A stretch of 64,000 nucleotides of DNA from Narcine bancroftii (GCF_036971445.1 NC_091472.1:248124001-248188000); one strand, 5' to 3'; counted from the first letter of the stretch, positions 12,223 to 25,089 are shown. The notes: generated by a model from the letters alone, not told the origin. Translations and numbers: made by a program.

Positions 12223-13023
12223 TGTTGTGTTGGGAAGTAGTTTGGTGGGTTCACAGAGGGAGTTTTACAATCAAAGATAACTTTATTGTACACACGTGAA
12301 TCAAACAGGGAAAGACATCAAACGATACTTAATCACTCTCATTCTTTTCTTTGGCTTGGCTTCGCGGACGAAGATTTATGGAGGGGGTAAAAGTCCATTA
12401 TAGTTAATAGTTAAACAGGCATTCACTTCGGATCCAGGTTGGACACCAAAACCAGTGGCCAGCTATCTTATAATCTACACAGTAAGAGACAAAAACTATA
12501 ATGGTGTAAACAGGCTCATCAGGTGCAAGGGTCACCAATACCAGTGGCTGCTGACCCTACTACATTCTCCTGCACTTGTACACACTCACAGACTGGGACT
12601 TCCATACAGACTCCCAATTCCCTGTATTAATTGTGGTGCATCTCTCTGCAAGCTCTGATCTAATGCAGTATTACAGCTCAACTAAATCTAGTGCACACTT
12701 TACTCACAACTCCTCCTGCAATGTCCACAGGCCAGGCATGGAGCAATGTTCATGGCCTGAACCAAGAGACAGAGAGACTGAACTGTCACATGTGTTGGAA
12801 TTTATATGGCTCTGAGCTAGGCTACTGGTCAATGATGACACTATGTCATTAAAATGAGCCAATGGTAAGGTGTGCACTAATGGGTGCCTGGAGTCCAACC
12901 TTGATTGGCAGGTGATGCAACTTTCAACTAGGTTCCAGACAGGGAGGTCACGTGATCTTCCGCAAACCACAAGATTCCAGGCAGGGATTTCACATGATCC
13001 TCTGCATTTGCTGGCCATGCAAC
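12223..13023 (-). mobile_element. LTR (family B), probably a 3' LTR with adjacent polypurine tract
   Basis: Reverse-complement homology to 35462-35604 and 38623-38760 (caatcaaggttggactc). Ends aataaa...gaacccaccaaac...caca. A PPT-like ggggggag lies at about 13023-13030 on the minus strand. Confidence 0.7.
12342..12397 (-). mobile_element. Extremely 5'-truncated RTE LINE (about 55 bp) inside the LTR
   Basis: ctttggcttggcttcgcggacgaagatttatggagggggtaaaagtcca is identical to the RTE 3' end at about 17076-17124. Confidence 0.9.
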
Positions 13024-14369
13024 TCCCCCCAAAATGAGTTTATATGCCTCCCCCCACACGCATCACTGTGGAGTTGCAGACTGCATCACAGCAGGTATGG
13101 CACTTGCTCCACTCCTCCCCCGCTAAGTGAGTTCTCGAAGGGCAGTTTGTGCCACCCTGTGGGTTCCCTAATGCCCCCGATTTTATCACTCTGACACTCA
13201 CTCCACATTCAACAGCAAAGAACGTTTCTTCCTCAGTGCATGGTGCAGGTAAAACAATACTGCCCTCCAAAAAGATACAAGTTGATAGTTTAATTGGATG
13301 GAATTGCCTGGCATGGGATTTAATAGCCGGAATCAGCTTTTACCATGTTGTAAACATGTTTTTTTTTAATTTTTAATTTAGCTGTTTTAACAGAACTTTG
13401 TTTTTTGTATCAGCACTTTTGTTTCATACACTATCTATTGTCCTTAACTATAGGTTGACTTGCCTGGATAGCATACAAAATAACATTTTATACTGTTTCT
13501 CAGTACTCAATTTAATTTAAAAAATCAATTCAATGTGAAAACGGATGGGATTAGATTGATTGGCATCATTGTTGGTGCAGACAAGATGAGCCTACACTAC
13601 TCTGTGCTCAATGTTCCATTCCTGGAAGGTTTTCCTTCCCTGTGGCAACTGCAATAAGCTTCTTCCTGCCTGCATAAGCTTCCCAGGCCTCCTGCAAGAT
13701 CTGATCTGTATCATCTAAAATAACTTTGCAGTGGTGATTTTACCCATCCTGCTGTATACTAGTCTAATCCCTTGTAGCCATTGATTTGTTAAATAGTCGG
13801 CATTCTTCATTTGCACAAGAAAAATGAGCAGGAGAAGGCCATTCAGTCTCTCATGTTGGCTCTGCAAATTCAAGTCTTTTACCTCTGTGTCGCTTTCATG
13901 TGTGAAACACATATCCCTTGATTTCTGTAATATTCTAAAATCTATCACCTTGCCAATTTGCTGTACAGGATCTTGAGGTTTCTGTAGAAAATATTGCTTG
14001 ATATTTGAAACTTTATTAAATATCATTTAATCACCTCTGCAGAGTCAGGCCATTCTGTCTGCCTAACACACTTACTCCATGATTGTCACCCAAACACTTT
14101 CACGAATATCCTCTGTGCATCGAAGTTGTTTAGCTCCTATCCTGCCAGAGAGTTTAATGCATATCATACAAGTCTGGTATTACAAGAGATCAGTTTGCTT
14201 TTGGTTTCACATATTCTTCGAAGCCCCAGTGTGAATCCTTAAACATATCTTCAAATTCTTCCAGGAGCTTTTATAGATGTTATTGGATTGTAAGCAATCC
14301 AAATGCCTTTTTCCAATCTATCCCACTCATCCAGTTGATCTCCCTCCAGCAGAGTTGATCTATCAGAAA

Positions 14370-14905
14370 TAGAACCAGAATTTGAATGATTGTCATGAAC
14401 AAGTCATGAAATTTGGTGTATTGCCACAGGGTCATACTTGTACATTCATTTTATACCATCTTACTACATCACAAAAAGAAAATATATATAATATTAATAA
14501 TAATGCACGAGAAGTAAGACAGTGTTTTTAGTTCTTAAAATTATCGATTATTCAAGAATCTGATGGCAATGGGGAAGAAGCTGTCCTTGTGCCGCTGAGT
14601 GCTCGCCTTTAGGCTCCAGTTCCTTTTCTCCTGATGGTAGCATATAGGGTGCCCTCTGGGTAGTGGAGGTATTTGAGGATAGAGGCTGCTTTCTTAAGAC
14701 ATCTCCTTGTGTTGATGTCCTCGATGGAGTAAAGTCTGATGCCTGTGATGTTGCAGGCTGAGTTAACAAACCTCTCCACTTTATTCAGGACTTGAGAGTT
14801 GGTGCCTCCACAGCAGGTTGTGATGCAACCGGTCAGAATACTCTCCACAGTACTCCTGCAGAAGTTTACAAGAATCTCTGGTGACATGCCGAATCTATTC
14901 ATAAA
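14370..14905 (-). mobile_element. Rex/Babar-type LINE 3' fragment
   Basis: ORF 14609-14902 (FCRSTVESILTGCIT...SIEDINTRRCLKKAASILK) plus a gacaat...tctggttct tail. Confidence 0.85.
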
Positions 14906-14976
14906 CCCGGACCATAATCAGCAATAAACAGTGATAATCTGGAGAAACTCAATGGATCAGGCAGCATCCTGGGTAG

Positions 14977-15216
14977 TAAAACTACAGGGACTCAGCCAGT
15001 TACGCATCATCTGTATGAGATAAAGATATATTACTGAGATTTCAGGCCTAAGATCTTCTTCAAGGTAAGTCCAAAAAGCAGGCAGATGGGTTCAGGCCCA
15101 AAATGTCAGTAATATATATCTTTACCTCCTATGGATGTTATGAAACTGGCTGAGTTCCTCCAGTATTTTTGTGTTTTACTACAACTACAGCATTTGCAGT
15201 CTTTCACGTTTCACAA
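14977..15216. mobile_element. Penelope-like hairpin insertion nested in an older Penelope remnant (14920-15540)
   Basis: Inverted pseudo-LTR arms flanked by a 12-bp TSD: catcctgggtag (14965-14976) and catcctgggcag (15217-15228). Confidence 0.75.
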
Positions 15217-15849
15217 CATCCTGGGCAGACATGGCCCGCCAGCATTCCAGGTTGGGGCTCTTCGTTGAGACTAAAATTGGAAGGGGTGATGTCAAGTGCA
15301 TCAAGGGGGGAAAATAAAGAAAAAGCCAAAGAGGTGAAAGGCCAGAAAGTGGGAGAAAGAGGTCAAGGGAGAGACCACTGAGATGGCCAGGGAGGGTTAG
15401 AGAGAAAAGTAAGAACAGGAATGGGCAGAGGAGATGGAAACACCGGAATGAGATGCAGGAGCGGGTTACCTAATTTAGAAAATATGGTTTTCATGTCATT
15501 GGGTTTAAGGCTGATTATTCAGGAGGATTATAATTGGCAGCCTTGCCTGTGCCCATTGCAGCCGACAGCACATTACTTTAATCATGTTATTCTCACGGTC
15601 CTGCAGGAGTAGAATATCAACTTTAATATGCTTTGTGCTCATTACACCTTCTCTATATCTGGAAATATCTCTTGCTTCAAGTAATGGAGCAGAAGGTTGC
15701 CATATCAATATCTATGTTATGGCTTAATTATAAATCTTTAAATTTGAGGTTCTCTTTATTTTCTATCAGCATCAGGTGGCAAATACAGAACTCAAAGTGT
15801 CAACTTGAATCTTACGGAAACTATTTTGCCATGAGGGGATATTCTTGAT

Positions 15850-17066
15850 TCAGCTCAAATTGGTCTACACATGACAGGTGAGAAGATAGCAGAAGATTTA
15901 ATTTACAAATGGAATATTAAGTTATTGACGGAAAGGACAGATAACCCCCATTCAAAAACACACAATTTGGACACAGCAACAAATTAATACATGTAGAGTG
16001 GGGTTATCTTCAAAAACACCCTTGTATCAAAATGAGTTAATACCAATGACATTAGGAAATAAAATCATGGACACTTGGCACCGTAAAGGGATCAAATGTA
16101 TTGAGAATTGTTATGAACAAAGACAATTTCTGCCATTTGAACAGCTGCAAAATAGATATGATTGGCCAAATAGAACTTTCTTCTGCTATCTTCAATTAAG
16201 ATCTTTTTTTAAGAGATAGTTTGGGACCAGCCCTGGCCCTGCCAATGTGTAGTGATGTGAGGGCTCCTCTTCCAAAGGGGATCACAGGTAAATGCATTTC
16301 CGATTGCAGAGCAATAGCCCGAAACCGGGCTTGCACAAATCGAGGGAAAGGAGACGGACTCAGGGATGGGGGGGGGGGGGGGGGGAAGGGAAAGGATTCA
16401 AGAAAAATGTTAGTTAAAACTGTGCTCTGATAATATGACATCATTTATTAATGTCAGATATAGATTGATAAAATGTAATTTTATGCACCAATTATACCTA
16501 CACAGCAAAAAATTACACAGTTTATAGCTGAAATTCCAGACTCATGCTCTAGGTGTGGTATCGAAGCTGGAACATTCAACCTGGCTATGCGTGAAAGTAA
16601 GATACTTTTGGTATGACTTGGCAGAAATTCTGACAAAAATTGTAGAAATGGATTTTCCATTGGAACTAGAACAGTATTTATTGAGCACTTATGGTTATTG
16701 GCACGAAATTATCAAAATATCAAATACAGTTCATGAGAATTGGTCTAGCAGTAGCCAGGAGATGACAAGATATAAGTCGCACTCCCTAAGGATATAATTA
16801 ACTTCCCCAAAAGGTTTAAATAATATAGTTAGGTTAATGGCGTTGAATTCCTGAAGATCAAGATATGGACTAATTAATGTTATATGATTTAAAATTATAA
16901 ATAAAATACTTAAAAAAGATATGGACTAATTAATGAAGGCATGCTCAAACATCCCTTCTTTGTTGGACAATTGTTTTTTTTTAATGTTAGCAGTTATGGG
17001 GGGGGGAGGATGAGATTTGGCAATCTTTAAGAGACTTTATAATTTAAAATACTATTTATATGATGT
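15850..17066 (+). mobile_element. L1/Tx1 LINE 3' portion (decayed); its 3' end continues at 18317-18373
   Basis: GEKIAEDLIYKW, TFFCYLQLRSF and a remnant C-terminal Zn-knuckle region, homologous to the L1 at 47705-50243. Confidence 0.8.
16880..16915 (+). mobile_element. 36-bp ultra-truncated poly(A) retro-insertion
   Basis: Perfect 20-bp TSD aagatatggactaattaatg (16860-16879 and 16916-16935) flanks an AT-rich insert with aataaa and an A tail. Confidence 0.75.
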
Positions 17067-17069
17067 TTT

Positions 17070-18052
17070 TTTTCTCTTTGGCTTGGCTTCGCGGACGAAG
17101 ATTTATGGAGGGGGTAAAAGTCCACGTCAGCTGCAGGCTCGTTTGTGGCTGACAAGTCCGATGCGGGACAGGCAGACACGGTTGCAGCGGCTGCAGGGGA
17201 AAAATGGTTGGTTGGGATTGGGTGTTGGGTTTTTCCTCCTTTGCCTTTTGTCAGTGAGGTGGGCTCTGCAGTCTTCTTCAAAGGAGGTTGCTGCCCGCCA
17301 AACTGTGAGGCGCCAAGATGCACGGTTTGAGGCGATATCAGCCCACTGGCGGTGGTCAATGTGGCAGGCACCAAGAGATTTCTTTAGGCAGTCCTTGTAT
17401 CTTTTCTTTGGTGCACCTCTGTCATGGAGGCCAGTGGAGAGCTCGCCATATAACACGATCTTGGGAAGGCGATGGTCCTCCATTCTGGAGACGTGACCCA
17501 CCCAGCGCAGCTGGATCTTCAGCAGCGTGGACTCGATGCTGTCGACCTCTGCCATCTCGAGTACTTCGGGATGAAAGCGCTCCAATGGATGTTGAGGATG
17601 GAGCGGAGACAACTCTGGTGGAAGCGTTCTAGGAGCCGTAGGTGATGCCGGTAGAGGACCCATGATTCGGAGCCGAACAGGAGTGTGGGTATGACAACGG
17701 CTCTGTATACGCTTATCTTTGTGAGGTTTTTCAGTTGGTTGTTTTTCCAGACTCTTTTGTGTAGTCTTCCAAAGGCGCTATTTGCTTGGCGAGTCTGTTG
17801 TCTATCTCATTGTCGATCCTTGCATCTGATGATATGGTGCAGCCGAGATAGGTAAACTGGTTGACCGTTTTGAGTTTTGTGTGCCCGATGGAGATGTGGG
17901 GGGGGTGGTAGTCATGGTGGGGAGCTGGCTGATGGAGGACCTCAGTTTTCTTCAGGCTGACTTCCAGGCCAAACACTTTGGCAGTTTCCGCAAAGCAGGA
18001 TGTCAAGCGCTGAAGAGCTGGTTCTGAATGGGCAACTAAAGCGGCATCGTCT
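17070..18052 (-). mobile_element. Young RTE-clade LINE, 3' ~1 kb of ORF (RT C-terminus and CCHC-type tail)
   Basis: ADDAALVAHSE, FGLEVSLKKTEV, FTYLGCTIS, LRWVGHVSRMEDHRLPK and CSRCNRVCLSRIGLVSHKRAC. Many CpGs retained, few frameshifts. Confidence 0.95.
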
Positions 18053-18308
18053 GTTTCTGGCTATCTATCCCATAGGATGATGCTGGTTCCTTTCAGTCAG
18101 AAGGTGGGGTTTGATATGAGGATACCCCACTCCTCAGAAAGGGATAGCGTATGTGTGAATGGATTTGGGTGAGTAGGAGTTGCACTGGTGTAGACCCACC
18201 CTCCCAACATCCCCTCCTGGATCCATCGGCATGCAAAGGTCTGTTGCAGTGAATGGCCAGACCAAGGTTTGATGCAAGGGATGCCATTTCTGCACTTCAC
18301 GGCACATG
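18053..18308 (-). mobile_element. Non-autonomous retroposon (SINE-like), homologous to 25090-25568
   Basis: Reverse-complement match (gaggataccccactcctcagaaagg; gtgtgaatggattt) to about 25290-25555. Confidence 0.7.
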
Positions 18309-19179
18309 TATGATGTATGCAATAATGTTCTATATGTGTCTTGGAAAAATTAAAATGAAATATTCCAAAAAAACTATTCTGCCTTGGATTTTTCCTATAG
18401 TGTCAATTCCCATTTGTCCAGAGGAATGGAAGGAAATCCCTCTATTGATGATGTAATTCCAGGCATGTTGAAGGGCATTGTAAGTTTTGGAGAGAGCTTG
18501 CTTTTTTTTTCATTTTATTTTATTAATTTTTTGGATTAACTTGCCAGTTTCAGTACTTGATCCTAACCCTTGCAGAAATAGTTTTTTCACTCAAAGATGG
18601 AGCACATTTCTGCTCTGTGTAATGAACTGGTGAAAACCCAATGCTGAAGATCTTGTCTTCCTCCTCTCCTGCGCTTTTACCTAACATTCTGGTCTGCCCA
18701 TGTACATGCCGCGCAACATAATTGTCAGAACGTAACTCCTAACCTGCCCTGTGGAAATCACCAGCCAACCACTTCTCGCAGCTGTCCGCATGGACAATTT
18801 TTACTCCATTTTCCCACTGCATCAATTGCTGAAACTTCCTCATCCTTCATGAGGAGAATTTTTCCCATGATGTAATTGGTGGGAATGCTTTTGCTTCACT
18901 CCTCACCCAGGCCACTTCATACATCAGACAGGTGACTTCTTCCAAAAACCCATTAAGAGGTTCTCATCATCATGTTTCTGTACCAATTCTAATTAATACT
19001 TCTTTTTAACACTGGCAGACATTCCTTGGTGTATGTATTGGACCACGGAAGTCACCCTTGGTAACAAAGTTTGGATAAAAATATTATTAATCTGATGTGA
19101 GAAAGAAAAGGAAAGCCATTAATCTAATCGTTGGCCAGCTCCTTGATCATCAGGATATAAAAAACAGGCATTTTTTTGC

Positions 19180-21060
19180 TATTAGACTTGTAGTCATACA
19201 CCGAGGAAACAGAGTTTTCTGCCCAACTTGGCCATGCCAGCCACTATGTCCCATCCACACTAGTCCCACTGGCCTGCACCTGGCCCATATCCCTCTAAAC
19301 CCATCCCATACATCCAATTTTTTCCTTAAATGTTGCAATGGGTTTTTTTTTTTCACTCAACCACCTCCTCCATCAGCATTTAATGCAGCCACTACCCCCT
19401 GTGTAAATTTGTTACCCCTTAGGTTCCTGTTCAATCTTTCTCCCCTCACCTTAAACCTATGTCCTCTGGTTACCGATACCCCTCTCTGCATTCGCCGATC
19501 CAATACTGTACTCTCATGATATGTTACACCTTGTCTGTCCCTTCTGGCCAGAGTAAGAACTGCAGTGAGGTTACCTGCAAACTCATGCTTTCAGGTTCTT
19601 TAAATTATTATGGGTGATTGCACTTTGCTGACCGTTCAGAGATTAAGCTCTTGTAAGCCACTTGTATACACAAGAAGACAAGATCATGACAAAGTAAGAG
19701 CAGGGGTAGGCTGTCAAACCCTTCAAGCTTGCCCACATCAAATACAATCACGATTGATATATTCTCACCTCTCCCATGCTTCTCATACCCTTCTATCCCT
19801 GAAACCATCAAATACTTATCCACCTCCACTTTTAATTCTTTGAAGTATCTAACTTCCATCACTCGCTAGGGTTAAGAAATCCAGAGATTTACCACCCTCA
19901 GCAAAAAGAAATTTCTGCACACCTCAGATTTAAATAATCAGTCCCTTATCTTACTGTTCGAGGCTCTCCCATTACTAAAACCCTCCCACAAGCTACTTTG
20001 TCAATGTCCGTGAGGATATATGTGTTTGCATCATGCCAATCCTGTACCACCACATCCCCTCCCTCTTCTAATCACTGAGAAATACAGGGTCAAACTATTT
20101 AGCAGTAAAAGCATAAAAATGCTGGAGGAACTCAGCAGGTCTCGCAGAGTCCATAGAAGGTAAAGATATATAACCAACGTTTTGGGCCTAAGCCCTTCTT
20201 CAGGGTATGAGAAGTCAAGTCACGTCACGTTTATTTGTCATTCATTCCATAAACCTTGCAGTGTACATTGGTTTGGATGGTGGAGCTGGTTATTTACATG
20301 GTTAAATTACCTCAGAAACAATTATCATAAATAACATATCACTCATTAGATATCATGTTACATATGCACATTAAAAAAGCAGGCAGGTGCCCTGAATAAA
20401 AAGACTGGAAGAAAGAGCAGGGGGAGGAGCAGAGGACAAGTGGCGAAAGGCCGTAATCGGACATTAGTAGAAGGACAGGAGGGAAAGATGAAAATCATTT
20501 GATCGAATTATATATTCTTTTGCTGGAACTACCCTCTTATACAAAGACCTAGACCTGTCGATCAACCTGCAATGTTACTCTTTCCTTTTTTTGGTAGGGA
20601 GCCCAAAACTGCATGTGATTTTCCAGGAGAGACCTCATCAACTTGAAATACAATTCAAACAAAAACTGCCTATTTTTAAACACCAACCCTTTTACAATGG
20701 AGACCAAAATGCCATTGACCACCTTAACAACTTGTCCAACCAGCTTGCCAGTTTTGCGTGATTCATGCCCTAGGATCTCGAATGATAATGATCATCTGTT
20801 CATTGTTAGATAGATTTTACAATGTACCAACATGCTCCCTTGCTGCAGCTGAATAGGTATGTTTAAAAAAAGCCAACCAAACCACTAAAAAACAACTAGT
20901 ACAGTGTATTTAATTGAATTAAAAAGATACAATAAATTTTAAAAATGGATCCCTCTGTACTTTACTCACTTGCATTCTCTCCCTATTTAGATAACAATTT
21001 GCCTTTTGATTCTACTTCCTGATAAATAAGTCCACACTCTTCCACACATTGTACGCCAGA
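19180..21060 (-). mobile_element. Cluster of decayed CR1 fragments with a Penelope remnant at about 20105-20510
   Basis: ORFs such as FKELKVEVDKYL..GIEGY. Penelope pLTR aaatgctggaggaactcagcaggtctcgcag at about 20117. Confidence 0.65.
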
Positions 21061-22314
21061 TGAGCATTGGTCTATTTTTACTGCATTTGCAGCTCAAAGC
21101 ACATTGTTTGGTCTTGAATACCAAGATTCATGTCAATAAGCAATTCCAGGTACATCTAGTATTATGTGTATTTTAAATCATTCTGCTTGCAACCCTTTCA
21201 ATTAATACTGTTTTTTTTCCTCTCACAGCTATCAGGCAGCTAATTTAATTTCAGCACTTATCTTCTCCCATGAATGCTGATTTTGCCAGTGCCATGTTCT
21301 TTTATTAAACCAAGTCAGCCTTCCAGACTCAAAACAAAAATTTCCCTCCATTCTCAGGGAGTCAAAAACAACATGGTCGCTTTGGCAGAAGTAATTGCAG
21401 ACCTTGGCTCCATTATTGATGGAACCATCCAAATATCACTTTGTTTAAATCCTCACGTTGCCTATTACATTAATTTTCTATCGACATACTGTTCAGAGGT
21501 GAGTAAATCACCTACAAAATCACAAACCCTCTTTTATGTTCCAACTGGAGTCATTTTACATTTGAACTATTTTCCATTACCTCACTCTTAAATTTCCTTT
21601 CAATCACTAAAACCCTCCCATCTCCACTTGCAGGTGTCCTCACAATCATTTGACTCTCTCTGATATTGCACGCTGTGTAGGTACAATAAGCTTGAAAGGT
21701 TTCAAAGGGTTAAGCCCCTTACTCAATAATAATATTCTGTCATATGACTCTAAATGCGGTTACTCTGGCGGTTACCTGGAGGTGGAATCTAAAGACCTTG
21801 TTAGTGCAAGCTTTTTAAATAGGAATATTGTACATTGTTACTTAAAGAGCATGGGCTTTTAAAAAGGAAATCACAAGCGCTTGAAGATGCTCAGTGTGAA
21901 CCCATAAGTTGATAAGTCAGTAATAAGTTAATTAAAAGTCAAATGTAATTATTTTACTTCTATTGGGACACCATTTGGCTACATATACTTTGTCCAGAGC
22001 TGCACAATGTGTGTTCTCCTCTAAATTAAAATGTCTCCATATAACCATATAACCATATACAGAATTGCCTGCTCTCACCAATGTTCTTGCTTTTGGTCCA
22101 GATACCATGTCTTAATTAACAATCAGCTCTGGCTGAAATGACTTCACAGAGACTCAGTAAAGGCTGAGAGGCAATTCAAGAGTGAGGGCTCAGGATACAG
22201 TGCATGGACTTCACATCGAGAAAAATTATTTTTGAAGCTACGAAGGATAAAGCAACCATGGGAAAACCTCAGTGGGCAAGCAGGTGGGATAAGGCCCATT
22301 ACCATCATTATAAA

Positions 22315-22950
22315 TTTCAAAGTTCAGATTTATTGTCAGAGTAAATACATGACATCACATATAACCCTGAGGTTATTTTTTTCCTGGAGGTGGGGCAGAA
22401 TTAACACTTAGTGCTGGTCCAATCAAACTGCGCTCAAAATATATACATATACATGTAAACAAATAAAGAAATGTAAGAAAATCACTGTGCAATACAGAGA
22501 GAAAAAAAATCAATAAAGCACAAAAAGTCCTTAAACTAGTTTGTTGTTGAGGAGTGTGATGGTGGAGGGGTAGCATCTGTTCATGAACCTGGTGATGCAA
22601 ATCTTTTGACACCTATTTATACCTGTTCCCTGATGGCAGCAGGAAGAACAGATCGTGCGTTGGGTGGTGTGGATCCTTGATGATTGCTGCTGCTCTCTGA
22701 TGGCAGCGTTCCATGTAGATGTTCTCAATGATGGGAAGGATTTTGCGTGTAATGTCCTAAGCTGAGTCCACTATCTTTTTCAGGGCTTTCTGCTCAGGGA
22801 TATTGGTGTCCCTATGACAGATGGTGAGGCAGATAGTCAGCACACTATCCACCACACATCTGTAGAAATTTGCCAGGGTTCATACCAAACCTCCACAAAC
22901 TCCTTAGGAAGTAGAGGCACTGACATGCTTTCATTACAATGCCATTAGTG
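22315..22950 (-). mobile_element. Rex/Babar-type LINE 3' fragment
   Basis: Tail ttcagatttattgtcagagt...gacatcaca (shared with 26170, 39280, 44335). RFMNRCYPSTITLLN C-terminus. Confidence 0.85.
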
Positions 22951-24157
22951 GCCTGGGCAAATACAAATTACTTTTCAAATGTGGAGTCAAGCACCCCAGA
23001 GAAATGGTTCCAGGGTGCACCTTCTTTTGGTGCCAAGGTGTAAAGTGCTGTGACAAACATGGAAATTAAACTTGGAAAGCTGGAAAAACCACCACTGGCT
23101 TTGTGGTTGTTTAAAAATATCTCAGAAAACAGTTTAAAACTGTTTAAAACCACCTCAGAAAATAGGCACCTGTTTTAGTGACCTCTGAAATGAATATCTC
23201 CTGGGGAAACTGAACCTTTTGCAGGAAAGCTGAACAGCTTTGCCTTAACAAGCAGACAGAGCAAATCAATAAAGGTCAGAGATTGAGATCTCTACCTGCA
23301 TCCACTGCTTAGTAAAGAAATACTATTCCTGTTGGCTGAAGTTAATCGAATCTAGCTATCACTTGTCCTCATCATTGTTTATGTCTAGTGTAGGGCCGGC
23401 CTGACCCTGTGCCAGGATGATTAGAGCAGTTAGTTGGCAAGCCTGCCTGTCAAGAATACCAGAGGTTTACTTGCTTGAATTTTGTCAATATGTCCACCAT
23501 TTTCAGGAGTCTAAATTAGGCAAATTTACTTTAATAAATTAGGGGAGACCTTGAGCTCTGGGTTTTGAACAGTTTGTCAAACCTTTACTTAATGGAAAGA
23601 TACTGAAAGCTGAACAGATTACCAGTAAGGTCTTTCATAGGCTACATCCCTAGTCCTGAAGGGAATTGTTACTGCAGTTCACCTACTTTGCACATTGCAG
23701 TTAGATGCATTATGCACATTTTTCACGTACAAATTGTGGATAAAAACTAAATTTCCTTTTATCGGTCATGCCAGGAATCAAGTTCAGGAAATTGACAGAG
23801 CACTTCTGTGCAATTAATCTCACCACAGTCTGTCTTCCCAGTGTAACCTAGTACATCTGGGGACAGCACACGTTGCACATCACATCCCTTACTGACATAA
23901 ACAGGAGTTTTCAATTCAAATGTTAAACTTTGCTGAAAGCATACAGGTGACTTTTCTGCCCAGGAGATAAATAAGTAAACATGAGATCGGTAATGAAATT
24001 GCTGCATTAAAGAAGAAATACAGAAAATGTTATATGTTAAAAAAGGATAAAATCCCTGATCCAGATGGATGGCAAACCATACATTATTTTAAAAATCCAA
24101 AGAAAATGTTGCAAAGGAATTGCTGCATACATTTAATAATACATTAGAAAAAGAAAT

Positions 24158-24937
24158 GGCTGCATCATTTCGTCTGATGCAAGGATCGACAACGAGATAG
24201 ACAACAGACTCGCCAAGGCAAATAGCGCCTTTGGAAGACTACACAAAAGAGTCTGGAGAAACAACCAACTGAAAAACCTCACAAAGATTAGCATATACAG
24301 AGCCATTATCATACCCACACTCCTGTTCGGCTCCGAATCATGGGTCCTCTACCGGCATCATCTACGGCTCCTAGAACGCTTCCACCAGCATTGTCTCCGC
24401 TCCATCCTCAACATTCATTGGAGCGACTTCATCTCCAACATTGAAGTACTCGAGATGGCAGAGGCCGACAGCATCGAATCCACGCTGCTGAAGATCAAAC
24501 TGCGCTGGGCAGGTCATGTCTCCAGAATGGAGGACCATCGCCTTCCCAAGATCGTGTTTTATGGCGAGCTCTCCACTGGTCACCGAGACAGAGGTGCACC
24601 AAAGAAGAGGTACAAGGACTGTCTAAAGAAAGCTCTTGGTGCCTGCCACATTGACCACCGCCAGTGGGCTGATATCGCCTCAAACCGTGCATCTTGGCGC
24701 CTCACAGTTCGGCGGGCAGCAACCTCCTTTGAAGAAGACCGCAGAGCCCACCTCACTGACCAAAGACAAAGGAGGAAAAACCCAACATCCAACCCCAACC
24801 AACCAATTTTCCCTTGCAACCGCTGCAACCGTGTCTGCTGTCCCGCATCGGACTTGTCAGCCACAAACGAGCCTGCAGCTGACTTGGACATTACCCCTCC
24901 ATAAATCTTCATCTGCGAAGCCAAGCCAAAGAAAAAG
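24158..24937 (+). mobile_element. Young RTE-clade LINE 3' fragment
   Basis: ORF 24455-24904 (LRWAGHVSRMEDHRLPK...). TSD agaaaaagaaat (24146-24157) / agaaaaagatat (24938-24949). Confidence 0.95.
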
Positions 24938-25089
24938 AGAAAAAGATATAATGCCAGAATGCTAACAGACAGCTAATGTGAACATTATATTTTTAGGTTG
25001 ATAGGAAATGTCATGGGAAGTTTCCACCAATTAACTCAGCATCAATCGTAGAAAAAGGAATGGAATCCCAAGTATAAGTTATAATAAGC

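Noticed and set aside
15770-15877. Exon-like AG...GTGAGA segment
   Set aside because: All three frames contain stops, and the donor lies in L1 ORF2-derived sequence.
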